DNA from: Candidatus Omnitrophota bacterium
GTDB lineage: Bacteria > Omnitrophota > Gorgyraeia > Zapsychrales > JANLHA01
NCBI GenBank assembly: GCA_963662715.1
Contig: OY759724.1
Span: 1,680,001 to 1,712,000 of the forward strand
Reading direction: 5' to 3'
DNA: 32,000 nt
The notes beneath the pieces were generated by a model. The model ran no database searches, was not told where the DNA came from, and saw only the letters and a list, made by a program, of their open reading frames with translations. Shown here piece after piece: positions 24,511 through 32,000 of this stretch; positions within the stretch are counted from its first letter, which is position 1, and each line of letters begins with the position of its first letter. The translations under genes were made by a program, and so were the position numbers.

Positions 24511-25572
24511 ATGAAAGCTCAAAAGGATCATTACGCGGTCATCCTGGCCGGCGGTTCCGGCACCCGTTTCTGGCCGTTGAGCCGTCAGCAAAGGCCAAAA
24601 CAATTTTTGAATATTGTCGACAGCCAGACATTATTTCAAAAGACGGTTGAAAGGGTCCGTCCGTTAATTCCCCCGGATCGTATTTATATCGTCACGGGAT
24701 CGGGATACAAAAAAATGATCCGGCAGCAATGCCGGTCCTATAATATCCCCGGAGAGAATATCCTTCTGGAACCCAGCGGAAAGAACACCGCCCCGGCTAT
24801 TCTGTGGGCTGCGGCAACGCTTTTTCGCAGGAACCCTCATTCGGTTATGGCGGTTTTGCCGGCCGATCATTTAATCCTGAAGCCGCAGGCTTTCCGGAAG
24901 CATTTGAAAGAAGCTTTTCGTCTGGCGGACCGCCAGTACCTGGTGACGATGGGGATCGTCCCTCACCGCCCGGAAACAGGCTATGGATATATGAAGTGCC
25001 GGAAGGACAGTCGCAGCCGGCCGGTTCTCTGGCCGGTTGATAAGTTTGTCGAGAAGCCGGATTTGCCCAAGGCCCGGCGTTATCTGAAAGAAAAGAAATA
25101 TTTCTGGAACAGCGGCATTTTTATCTGGCGGACGGATAACATCCTGACGGAATATTCCGTTCATTTGCCGGAAGCCTATCATCTTTTGTTCAATAAATCA
25201 AACCGGCAGGTTCTGAAATCCTGGTCTGCTTTGCCGAACATTTCTGTTGATTATGCTATTCTGGAGAAAGCGGATCGCGTCGTATGTATCCCGGCCGCTG
25301 ATATGGAATGGTCTGATTTGGGGAGCTGGGAAGCTCTTTTTGATGTTCTGCCCAAGGATAAAAACGGCAACCACAGCTCCGGGAACATTCTTCAGCTGGA
25401 CTGCCGCAATACTTTTGTGCGCTCCGAGACCTGTCAGGTCGCGGCTATCGGCTTAGAGAACATTGCTGTGGTTGTTACCGGCGACGCTGTTCTTGTCTGC
25501 CGCACTCAGGATTCGCAGAAAGTCCGGACTGTCGTGGATATTCTTAAGAAGAAAAACCGAAAGATCGTTTGA
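24511..25572 (+). CDS. manC: Mannose-1-phosphate guanylyltransferase (nucleotidyltransferase domain only, no PMI domain)
   Basis: HYAVILAGGSGTRFWPLSRQQRPKQFL N terminus, GYGYM and WNSGIFIW motifs. AGGAG Shine-Dalgarno 6 nt upstream of the ATG. Confidence 0.85.
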   Translation: MKAQKDHYAVILAGGSGTRFWPLSRQQRPKQFLNIVDSQTLFQKTVERVRPLIPPDRIYIVTGSGYKKMIRQQCRSYNIPGENILLEPSGKNTAPAILWAAATLFRRNPHSVMAVLPADHLILKPQAFRKHLKEAFRLADRQYLVTMGIVPHRPETGYGYMKCRKDSRSRPVLWPVDKFVEKPDLPKARRYLKEKKYFWNSGIFIWRTDNILTEYSVHLPEAYHLLFNKSNRQVLKSWSALPNISVDYAILEKADRVVCIPAADMEWSDLGSWEALFDVLPKDKNGNHSSGNILQLDCRNTFVRSETCQVAAIGLENIAVVVTGDAVLVCRTQDSQKVRTVVDILKKKNRKIV

Positions 25573-25597
25573 CGGGAAGAACTGTTCAAGGCCGCAT

Positions 25598-26704
25598 ATG
25601 AAGACGTCCTCTGTGAAAAAAATATTAGTTGTTAATATCTTTGGCATTGGAGATGTGCTTTTTTCAACACCATTGTTAAGAGATATCAAGGAGACTTTCC
25701 CCCGTGTCCAGCTAACCTATTTGGCGAACCGCCGCGGCGCCGAGGTCTTGTCGCAGAATCCCTGTGTCAACCGCATATTGATTTACGAAAGAGATGAATT
25801 TTACGAAGTCTTTAAAAGATCAAAGATTTCTTATGTGCAGAAAATCCTGGAACTGGCACAGACGATACGCAACGAACATTGTGATCTGGCTTTTGACCTG
25901 TCCCTGAACAGCGGTATGAATTTTTTGTTATGGTTCAGCGGAATCAGAGACATTGTCGGTTATAATTACAAAAAGCGCGGATTTTTTCTCACGAAATCAT
26001 TGCCTTTATCCGGTTTTGAAACTCAGCATGTTGTGGATTATTATCTTGACCTCGGAAAGGTGATCGGCTGCCAGGGGAAGGCCAGACGTCTGGAGATGCC
26101 CGTTGCGATTGAAGATATGAATTGGGTGGAAGGTTTTTTGCGCGACCATCAACTGAAAAAGAAAGATCGCGTCATTGCCTTTTTCCCGGGCGGGGGGGCC
26201 TCCTGGGGCAAAGATTCCGGTTATAAGCAATGGCCTGTTGAAAATTATGGAGCCCTGATAAATAAAGTCATTGAAAAATTTTCTGCTAAGGTTATACTGT
26301 TGGGTGATTCAAAAGATCATGCTTTATGCCAGGAGATTCTCAGGCAGAAGCCTGCGTCCGTGATTGATGCCAGCGGCCAGGCGACATTGCTGCAAACGTG
26401 CGCGCTTTTAAGCCGGTGTGCTTTGGCTGTTATGAATGACGGTGGTCCGCTGCATATCGCGGTTGCGGCCCGGATACCCACGGTTTCCGTTTTCGGGCCG
26501 GTGAACGAAACCATTTACGGCCCTTATCCGGCAGAAGGCCACGCCGTGGCAACGACCGGCATCATCTGCCGGCCGTGTTACCGTTATTTTCGCAGGGCGC
26601 AATGTTCCCATGTTCATTGTTTAAAGAAGATAAAGCTTGAGGATGTTTATCAGAAGGTTGAACAATTTTTATCTCCCAAAACCGAGAAAGTCCACACGCG
26701 TTGA
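25598..26704 (+). CDS. Glycosyltransferase family 9 (LPS heptosyltransferase-like)
   Basis: KKILVVNIFGIGDVLFSTPLLRDIKETFP N terminus, and C-terminal MNDGGPLHIAVA...VSVFGP. ATG 25598 is preferred because the track start at 25463 overlaps manC. Confidence 0.8.
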   Translation: MKTSSVKKILVVNIFGIGDVLFSTPLLRDIKETFPRVQLTYLANRRGAEVLSQNPCVNRILIYERDEFYEVFKRSKISYVQKILELAQTIRNEHCDLAFDLSLNSGMNFLLWFSGIRDIVGYNYKKRGFFLTKSLPLSGFETQHVVDYYLDLGKVIGCQGKARRLEMPVAIEDMNWVEGFLRDHQLKKKDRVIAFFPGGGASWGKDSGYKQWPVENYGALINKVIEKFSAKVILLGDSKDHALCQEILRQKPASVIDASGQATLLQTCALLSRCALAVMNDGGPLHIAVAARIPTVSVFGPVNETIYGPYPAEGHAVATTGIICRPCYRYFRRAQCSHVHCLKKIKLEDVYQKVEQFLSPKTEKVHTR

Positions 26705-26752
26705 GTTAAACGCGTGACCGTAGACTCATTGCAAGAGAAAGGCAGGATATTC

Positions 26753-27853
26753 ATGAAGGTACCGTTTATTGATTTTTCCGGACAATACGAAACGATTCAG
26801 GATGAAATTGATGTGAATTTAAAGGCCGTCTTTAAAAAAGGCAATTTTATTTTAGGCGAGGAGGAGAAGAATTTTGAAGCAGATTTTGCCGGATATTGCG
26901 AGGCTCAGTATGCCGTTGGCGTTAATTCCGGTACGGACGCTTTGTATTTAGCCATGGCCGCTTTAGGCGTTGATGCCGGGGATGAAGTTATCCTCCCGAC
27001 GCACACGTTTATTGCCACGGCTCTGTGTATATCTTACACGGGGGCTACCCCGGTATTTGTTGATATAGAAGAAGATACGTATAATATGGACCCGGAAGCC
27101 TTGCAAAAAGCCATTACGGATAAAACCAAGGCGATCATTCCGGTTCATATCTACGGCCAAGCCGCCAACATGGACAAGATCAACGAAATTGCCCAGGCTA
27201 AGGGGATAAAGGTGGTGGAGGATGCCGCGCAGGCTCATGGGGCGCGTTATAAAGAAAAAAGAATCGGCTCTTTGGGGGACATCGCCTGTTTCAGTTTTTA
27301 TCCGACCAAAAGTCTGGGGGCTTTCGGTGACGGGGGTATTGTTGTGACAGACAATGAAGAATATTATAAAAAATTATTGATGCTGAGGGATTACGGGCGG
27401 GAAGGCCGGTATGAACATAAAGTTAAAGGCTATAATTCGCGTTTGGATACTGTGCAGGCTGTTATTTTGGCGGCTAAGCTTAAGCATTTAGATCAATGGA
27501 ATCAAATGCGGAACACAGTGTCAGCGTATTATGCTGAATGCCTTAAAGATACAGCAGATGTTATTACTCCGGTTATCCTTCCGGACCGGACACATGTCTT
27601 CCAAACGTATGCCATAAGAGTCAAAAACCGGGATAAGGTCTTGGAAGAATTAAAACAGAGAGACGTGGGTGTTTTGATCCATTATCCGATTCCTGTACAC
27701 CTTCAGGAAGCCTATGACGATGCAGGCTATAAAAAAGGCGATTTCCCTGTTGCCGAAAAAGTCGCGGACGAGATTCTGTCTTTACCCATGTTCCCGCATA
27801 TGACAAAGGAGCAGGTGTCTTACGTATGCCAGTGTCTGAAAGACATTGTTTAA
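26753..27853 (+). CDS. DegT/DnrJ/EryC1-family sugar-nucleotide aminotransferase (canonical, Lys present)
   Basis: MKVPFIDFSGQYE..., GVNSGTDAL, EDAAQAHGA and FSFYPTKSLGAFGDGGIVVTDN, with the PLP lysine intact. ATG 26753 is preferred over GTG 26714. Confidence 0.85.
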   Translation: MKVPFIDFSGQYETIQDEIDVNLKAVFKKGNFILGEEEKNFEADFAGYCEAQYAVGVNSGTDALYLAMAALGVDAGDEVILPTHTFIATALCISYTGATPVFVDIEEDTYNMDPEALQKAITDKTKAIIPVHIYGQAANMDKINEIAQAKGIKVVEDAAQAHGARYKEKRIGSLGDIACFSFYPTKSLGAFGDGGIVVTDNEEYYKKLLMLRDYGREGRYEHKVKGYNSRLDTVQAVILAAKLKHLDQWNQMRNTVSAYYAECLKDTADVITPVILPDRTHVFQTYAIRVKNRDKVLEELKQRDVGVLIHYPIPVHLQEAYDDAGYKKGDFPVAEKVADEILSLPMFPHMTKEQVSYVCQCLKDIV

Positions 27854-28102
27854 AAGACTGGCCCGCGGGGCAAGAGCCGGCGATTTTCTGTAAAACTTTT
27901 TGTGTCAAAAACTAAGGCTATCGGGACGCCGGACAAAGAATTCCTGCCGTAAGAAAAGTGCCTTCCGGTTCGAGATAAATTCATTTTGACCCAAACCGTT
28001 TTTATTTTTTCTGTGTTTTAACGGTCTTCCCGTGTTTCAGTTCCGTCCTCAACCCCACTTTTTTCCCCTTCAGAAGATGCATTAAAAAAAACGCTATTTG
28101 CA

Positions 28103-28131
28103 TTGATTCTCATTCTTCCGTTTTGTATACT
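28103..28131 (+). promoter_or_regulatory. Candidate sigma70-like promoter TTGATT-N17-TATACT
   Basis: TTGATT at 28103-28108, a 17-nt spacer, and TATACT at 28126-28131, 20 nt before ATG 28152. This implies a very short leader with no Shine-Dalgarno. Confidence 0.3.
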
Positions 28132-28151
28132 TATACAGTGATTTTGTCAAT

Positions 28152-28922
28152 ATGACGCCAATTTCATTAACAGTTGTGATTCTTGCAAAAAATGAAGAGG
28201 AGTGCATTGGGGACTGCTGTGAAAGCGTATACCAATGGGCTGATGAAATTATCGTTATAGATGATTTAAGCACGGATCGCACCGTTGAAATAGCTCAGGC
28301 CTATACTCCGCGGATTTTCACCCAGGCTATGCTGAATGAAGGACAGCACCGCAATTGGGCGTATTCTTTAGCCGCCAATGACTGGGTCTTAAGTTTGGAC
28401 GCGGATGAAAGGGTTTCGGAAGATCTTAAGAAAGAAATCAGCGAAGTTTTAGCGAAGCCCGGGAAGGTTAAAGCCTGGTCCATACCCATCAGAACCTATA
28501 TCGGTGATTATTGGGTAAAGTATTCCGGCTGGTATCCTGCGAGCAAATTAAGGCTTTTTGAGAAGAATTTTTTTCAATATGAAGAAGTTGAGGTGCATCC
28601 GAGAGCCTTTGTTGACGGCCCGACCGGGGAGCTTTCAAAAGATATTTTTCATAAAGGTTATCCGGATTTTGAGCATTTTCTGGCAAGTTTGAACCGGCAA
28701 ACCACGCTGGAAGCCAAGAAGTGGCTTCGTACAGGCGTTCATATGCCGTTAGGAAGGATGGTGCGCAGAACATTTGACCGCTTTTTGCGCTTGTACTTGC
28801 GAAAAAAAGGCTTTAAAGACGGATTTATGGGGTTTATGATTGCTTATTTTGCATCTCTTTATCAAATAATGAGTTATGCAAAATATTGGGAAATGAAACG
28901 GTCAAGTAAGGAAAAAGTCTAA
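28152..28922 (+). CDS. Glycosyltransferase family 2 (LPS-core-type)
   Basis: LTVVILAKNEEECIGDCCESVYQWADEIIVIDDLSTDRT GT-A N terminus and a DxD-like SLDADE motif. 256 aa. Confidence 0.8.
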   Translation: MTPISLTVVILAKNEEECIGDCCESVYQWADEIIVIDDLSTDRTVEIAQAYTPRIFTQAMLNEGQHRNWAYSLAANDWVLSLDADERVSEDLKKEISEVLAKPGKVKAWSIPIRTYIGDYWVKYSGWYPASKLRLFEKNFFQYEEVEVHPRAFVDGPTGELSKDIFHKGYPDFEHFLASLNRQTTLEAKKWLRTGVHMPLGRMVRRTFDRFLRLYLRKKGFKDGFMGFMIAYFASLYQIMSYAKYWEMKRSSKEKV

Positions 28923-28944
28923 AGCGAGAGGAAGTGAATGTTTC

Positions 28945-29589
28945 GTGGCAGGTAAAGAATTGAAAATTGTTTTTCTGGATCGAGATGGCGTTATTAACGT
29001 TTTTCCGGGACACGGAAAATATGTGACGAAAGTCAAGGATTTCCATTTTTTGCCCCGGGCCCTGGATGCTATGAGAATGCTTTCGGATGCCGGATATACC
29101 ATCTTTGTCGTTTCCAATCAGGCCGGGGTGGGGCGCGGCGTTTTCACTCAAGACAAACTTAACCGGATTACCCGCAAAATGTTAAAGGGCGTTGAAAAGG
29201 CCGGGGCCAGAATAAAGAAAGTCTATTATTGTACGCATAGACCGGATGCGGGGTGCAGCTGTCGCAAGCCGGATATCGGATCGGTTCGCCGGGCGCTTAA
29301 GTCCGTTGATAAAACCATGGATTCCGCAAGAAGAACATATTTTGTCGGAGACACCAAGCAGGATATTGAGACCGGCTATAATGCGGGTTGTAAGACAATC
29401 TTTGTCCTGTCCGGCCGTGAAAATCGCCGTTATATGAACGGATGGATTGTTAAGCCGGATTATATCGTCAAAGATCTTTATGATGCGAGTAAAATTATTT
29501 GTGGCTTGAACGGGTTTCAAAAATCAACAAAAGTTTCAAAAAAAGCCTCCGCAATCCAAAAGAAAAGTAATACCCTGAAAAGGAAATAA
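28945..29589 (+). CDS. gmhB: D-glycero-D-manno-heptose 1,7-bisphosphate 7-phosphatase (HAD, GmhB/HisB-N family) with Lys-rich C-terminal tail
   Basis: HAD motif I FLDRDGVIN, motif II VVSNQAGVGRG, Zn-loop YYCTHRPDAGCSCRKP, and motif IV VGDTKQDIETG. The last 30 or so aa are K/S-rich. GTG start. Confidence 0.8.
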   Translation: MAGKELKIVFLDRDGVINVFPGHGKYVTKVKDFHFLPRALDAMRMLSDAGYTIFVVSNQAGVGRGVFTQDKLNRITRKMLKGVEKAGARIKKVYYCTHRPDAGCSCRKPDIGSVRRALKSVDKTMDSARRTYFVGDTKQDIETGYNAGCKTIFVLSGRENRRYMNGWIVKPDYIVKDLYDASKIICGLNGFQKSTKVSKKASAIQKKSNTLKRK

Positions 29590-29628
29590 CCTCTTTCCAA
29601 AATTATCAATAGGAATCCCCGGGGCCAT

Positions 29629-30717
29629 ATGAAAATTTTGGTGATTTATGCTACGGCTGGAGCAGGGCATCGAAAGGCTGCTGAGGCTATTGCTCAGGGT
29701 TTAGCCTGTTGTCCGGACCATCAGGTCCACCTGGTGGACGCCCTTGACTACACCAGCCGTCTTTATAAATTTGTATATACCCGGACTTATACATTTCTGA
29801 TCAGCCGGGTTTCCTGGCTGTGGGGTTCCTTATTTTCTATCCTTGATTGGCGTCCTTTGCTCCCCTTTATCCGCGTTTTACGAAGGATTCAAAACACCGT
29901 TCATGCCGGAGCCTTGGCCCGGCTGTTTCTTCAAGAGCAATTTGACGCCATCGTCGCCACTCATTTTTTCCCCTGCGAAGTGGCGGCCTATTTAAAAAGA
30001 AAAGGAGCCATTGCCTCCCGTATAACCTGTGTGATCACGGATTTTGATGTTCATACGATCTGGTTGAGTGAAGGTGTCGCAACTTATACGGTGGCTTCGG
30101 ACTGGACAAAGCGTAAAGTTAAAATGCTGGGGGTCAGAGAAGATATTATAGCTGTTACCGGCATCCCGACGGATTCAAAATTCTCTGAAGATAAAGACAT
30201 CGGCCCTTTGAAAGCACGGTTAGGGTTAAAACAGGATGTCATGACTGTTCTGATCGCGACCGGTTCTTTTGGTATTGGCCCTATAGAAGAAATTATCAGC
30301 CGGTTGAAGAACCTGCAGCTTATCGTCGTTTGCGGGCATAATCAAGGATTATTTAAGAAACTGAACCAGAACAAGAAAGAACTTGTTAAAGTCTGCGGTC
30401 TGGTCGACAATATGGATGAGTTGATGGCGGTCTCGGATATTATGGTCACTAAGCCAGGAGGGTTGTCCATATCCGAGGCCCTGGTGACAGGGCTGCCTCT
30501 CGTTTTCTTTAACGCTATCCCGGGACAAGAAGCAAACAATGTCAAAGTTCTTGATACTTACGGTGTTGGGCATCTTTGTCCTCAGGTTGATCAGATTGCG
30601 CAAATCCTCAATCAGTTCCAAAAGCATCCCGAGACGATGCAGGCGGCCAAGACCCGGGCACAGCTCTTGGCCAAACCAGAAGCCGTTAAAGACATCATAA
30701 ACATTATTGCGGCATAA
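29629..30717 (+). CDS. MGDG-synthase/UgtP-like diacylglycerol glycosyltransferase (GT28 family)
   Basis: MKILVIYATAGAGHRKAAEAIAQGL N terminus, typical of the MGDG_synth domain. C-terminal GT28 region VTKPGGLSISEALVTGLPLVFFNAIPGQEANN. Confidence 0.75.
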   Translation: MKILVIYATAGAGHRKAAEAIAQGLACCPDHQVHLVDALDYTSRLYKFVYTRTYTFLISRVSWLWGSLFSILDWRPLLPFIRVLRRIQNTVHAGALARLFLQEQFDAIVATHFFPCEVAAYLKRKGAIASRITCVITDFDVHTIWLSEGVATYTVASDWTKRKVKMLGVREDIIAVTGIPTDSKFSEDKDIGPLKARLGLKQDVMTVLIATGSFGIGPIEEIISRLKNLQLIVVCGHNQGLFKKLNQNKKELVKVCGLVDNMDELMAVSDIMVTKPGGLSISEALVTGLPLVFFNAIPGQEANNVKVLDTYGVGHLCPQVDQIAQILNQFQKHPETMQAAKTRAQLLAKPEAVKDIINIIAA

Positions 30718-30952
30718 AAAATTTCCTGCCGGTTTCCTCTCTTTTTATTTTTGTGTTAACAGGTTTTTAGGATGGGTAAGGTTTTTGTTTTATTTGGCTC
30801 CGGTTTGTATTAAAATCTCTAAATGATACAGTTATAGTAATATTAAGAAACACAGGGAATCCTTCCGTTGAATCCGGTGTTTGTTCCTGTGCGCCGGGAA
30901 GCGGGAGGAAGTATTTCCGGCAGAGTTTTAATGATTTTTTACAGGGTAGGAT

Positions 30953-32000
30953 ATGCATCAGAATATCGCTGAAATTGTTGTTCCTTTGCCCGTGGCCGGG
31001 CCGTTTGATTATCTTATAAAGGATGAGATGCGGGGCCGTGTTATGGTCGGACAAAGGGTTTATGTGCCGTTTGGACACCGGTATGTTATCGGTTTTGTCA
31101 TCGGACTTAAAGCACGCGGTACGCCCCGAAAGTTAAAGCCTGTTCATTCGCTTCTGGATCTTGAACCTACGTTTAATGACCCGGCCTTGTCTTTGGCTAA
31201 AGAATTCGCAAAATTATACGGATGTCAGCTTGGAGAGGCCCTTGATGCCAGTTTGCCGGCAGCGTTGCGAAAGAAAACAATAACTCAGCGTCCGCTTCAA
31301 AACATACAGGTTGAAAGAGGCGGGGAAAAGTGCCGTTCAACCCTGTGTCAAAGTTTCCTTGACCAGGAAGGGCGGGGCTGGATTGTTGAACGTATGGCGC
31401 TGATTCGTAAAGCCGGACAGGGAGTTCTTGTCCTCGTCCCGGAAACGGCCCGTATTCAAGGCATGAAAACGTTTCTGGAAAAGGAATTCAAGGAGGAAAT
31501 TCTGCTGTTGGACCGCCGTTCAACAGCTAAAAAAGAATTGGAGGCGTGGAGCCGGATTAAAGATGGCCGGAATAATTTCGTCATAGGGACCCGGTCAGCC
31601 GTTTTTGCTCCTGTCAGGGATTTGGGCCTTATTGTCATGATGGATGAGGAGCACCGGGCGTATAAACAGGAACAGTCCCCTTTTTACCATGCCAGGGATA
31701 TCGCTCAAATGCGGGCCCGTCTGGAACAAACAGAGCTTGTTTTTTTCACCCCGGCCCCTTCTTCTGAGATTATGTATCAGGTCAGGAACAAGACCTGCGA
31801 AAGAGTTGTTTTCCCGCCGTCTTTTCAGGCGGACATGCGGACAATTGATTTGTCGAATTATAAGCCCAACAGGAAAACCATTATTTCTTTCCCTCTGCAA
31901 AATTATATTCACGAAATATTGCAGAATAAAGGCCGGGTGCTGCTTTATTTAAACCGGCGGGGGTTCAGTCTGGCCACCCGGTGTCATCAGTGCGGCCATG
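30953..32000 (+). CDS. priA: Primosomal replication-restart helicase PriA (3' end beyond the window); Walker A degenerate
   Basis: My own translation from ATG 30953 stays open to base 32000. It gives MHQNIAEIVVPLPVAGPFDYLI...GQRVYVPFG (the 3'-DNA-binding domain), VLVLVPE, VIGTRSAVFAP, DEEH (31643-31654), YHARD, and the start of the Cys-rich region CHQCGH at the window edge. Confidence 0.85.
   Translation, partial: MHQNIAEIVVPLPVAGPFDYLIKDEMRGRVMVGQRVYVPFGHRYVIGFVIGLKARGTPRKLKPVHSLLDLEPTFNDPALSLAKEFAKLYGCQLGEALDASLPAALRKKTITQRPLQNIQVERGGEKCRSTLCQSFLDQEGRGWIVERMALIRKAGQGVLVLVPETARIQGMKTFLEKEFKEEILLLDRRSTAKKELEAWSRIKDGRNNFVIGTRSAVFAPVRDLGLIVMMDEEHRAYKQEQSPFYHARDIAQMRARLEQTELVFFTPAPSSEIMYQVRNKTCERVVFPPSFQADMRTIDLSNYKPNRKTIISFPLQNYIHEILQNKGRVLLYLNRRGFSLATRCHQCGH

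Noticed and set aside
25463-25597. Long N-terminal extensions offered by the ORF track for the GT9 gene, and similarly at 10951-11016, 12990-13031 and 26714-26752.
   Set aside because: The extensions overlap the 3' ends of the preceding genes and encode non-homologous residues. Internal ATGs (25598, 11017, 13032, 26753) begin exactly where the family-typical N termini start.
27862-27869. The palindrome CCCGCGGG just after the aminotransferase stop, as a terminator stem.
   Set aside because: It is a perfect 8-nt palindrome with no loop and cannot form a stable hairpin. It looks more like a chance or restriction-site-like palindrome.
1-32000. A search by eye for CRISPR arrays, tRNA or rRNA genes, IS elements with terminal inverted repeats, integrases, phage genes or defence-system hallmarks.
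   Set aside because: I saw no spaced direct repeats, no tRNA-like cloverleaf candidates in the few intergenic gaps, and no transposase, integrase or nuclease-type ORFs. Every large ORF is accounted for by envelope, channel or housekeeping functions.

Overview
This 32-kb window comes from a diderm, LPS-type bacterium (LptD, GT9 heptosyltransferase-like enzyme, GmhB). It is almost entirely coding and is dominated by cell-envelope glycan genes. I cannot assign a taxon from the sequence alone.

From 1702 to 16593, thirteen tightly packed (+)-strand genes form a sugar-nucleotide and glycosyltransferase super-operon. In order they are: Ugd, a second nucleotide-sugar dehydrogenase, UDP-xylose synthase, an orphan TPP-dependent E1 alpha/beta pair, an extended SDR, a B12-binding radical SAM enzyme, a GHMP sugar kinase, a nucleotidyltransferase, a DegT-family protein, a GT4, a GT2-like protein and a membrane-anchored NodB-type deacetylase. 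The DegT-family protein has His in place of the Schiff-base Lys, which is the ColD/E1-type 3-dehydratase signature.

Downstream lie a strongly signalled small acidic ORF, a GT-C-like membrane protein, and a Kv-type K+ channel with a C-terminal zinc ribbon that is translationally coupled to an unassignable membrane protein. A minus-strand pair follows: a polytopic protein with a degenerate M48-like motif and a secreted MORN-variant repeat protein. Next come a TtcA-like PP-loop enzyme and a second LPS-core-like block (ManC, GT9, a canonical DegT aminotransferase, GT2, GmhB, an MGDG-synthase-like GT28). The window ends in the 5' part of priA, whose Walker A motif is degenerate.

I recognised no rRNA, tRNA, CRISPR array, transposase or integrase. 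The best candidate for an undescribed system is the 5308-12996 cassette (E1 alpha/beta + SDR + class-B radical SAM + kinase/nucleotidyltransferase + His-type dehydratase). I infer that it makes a C-branched and/or C-methylated deoxy sugar nucleotide.

All family calls rest on motifs read by eye and on memory of those families. No searches were run.
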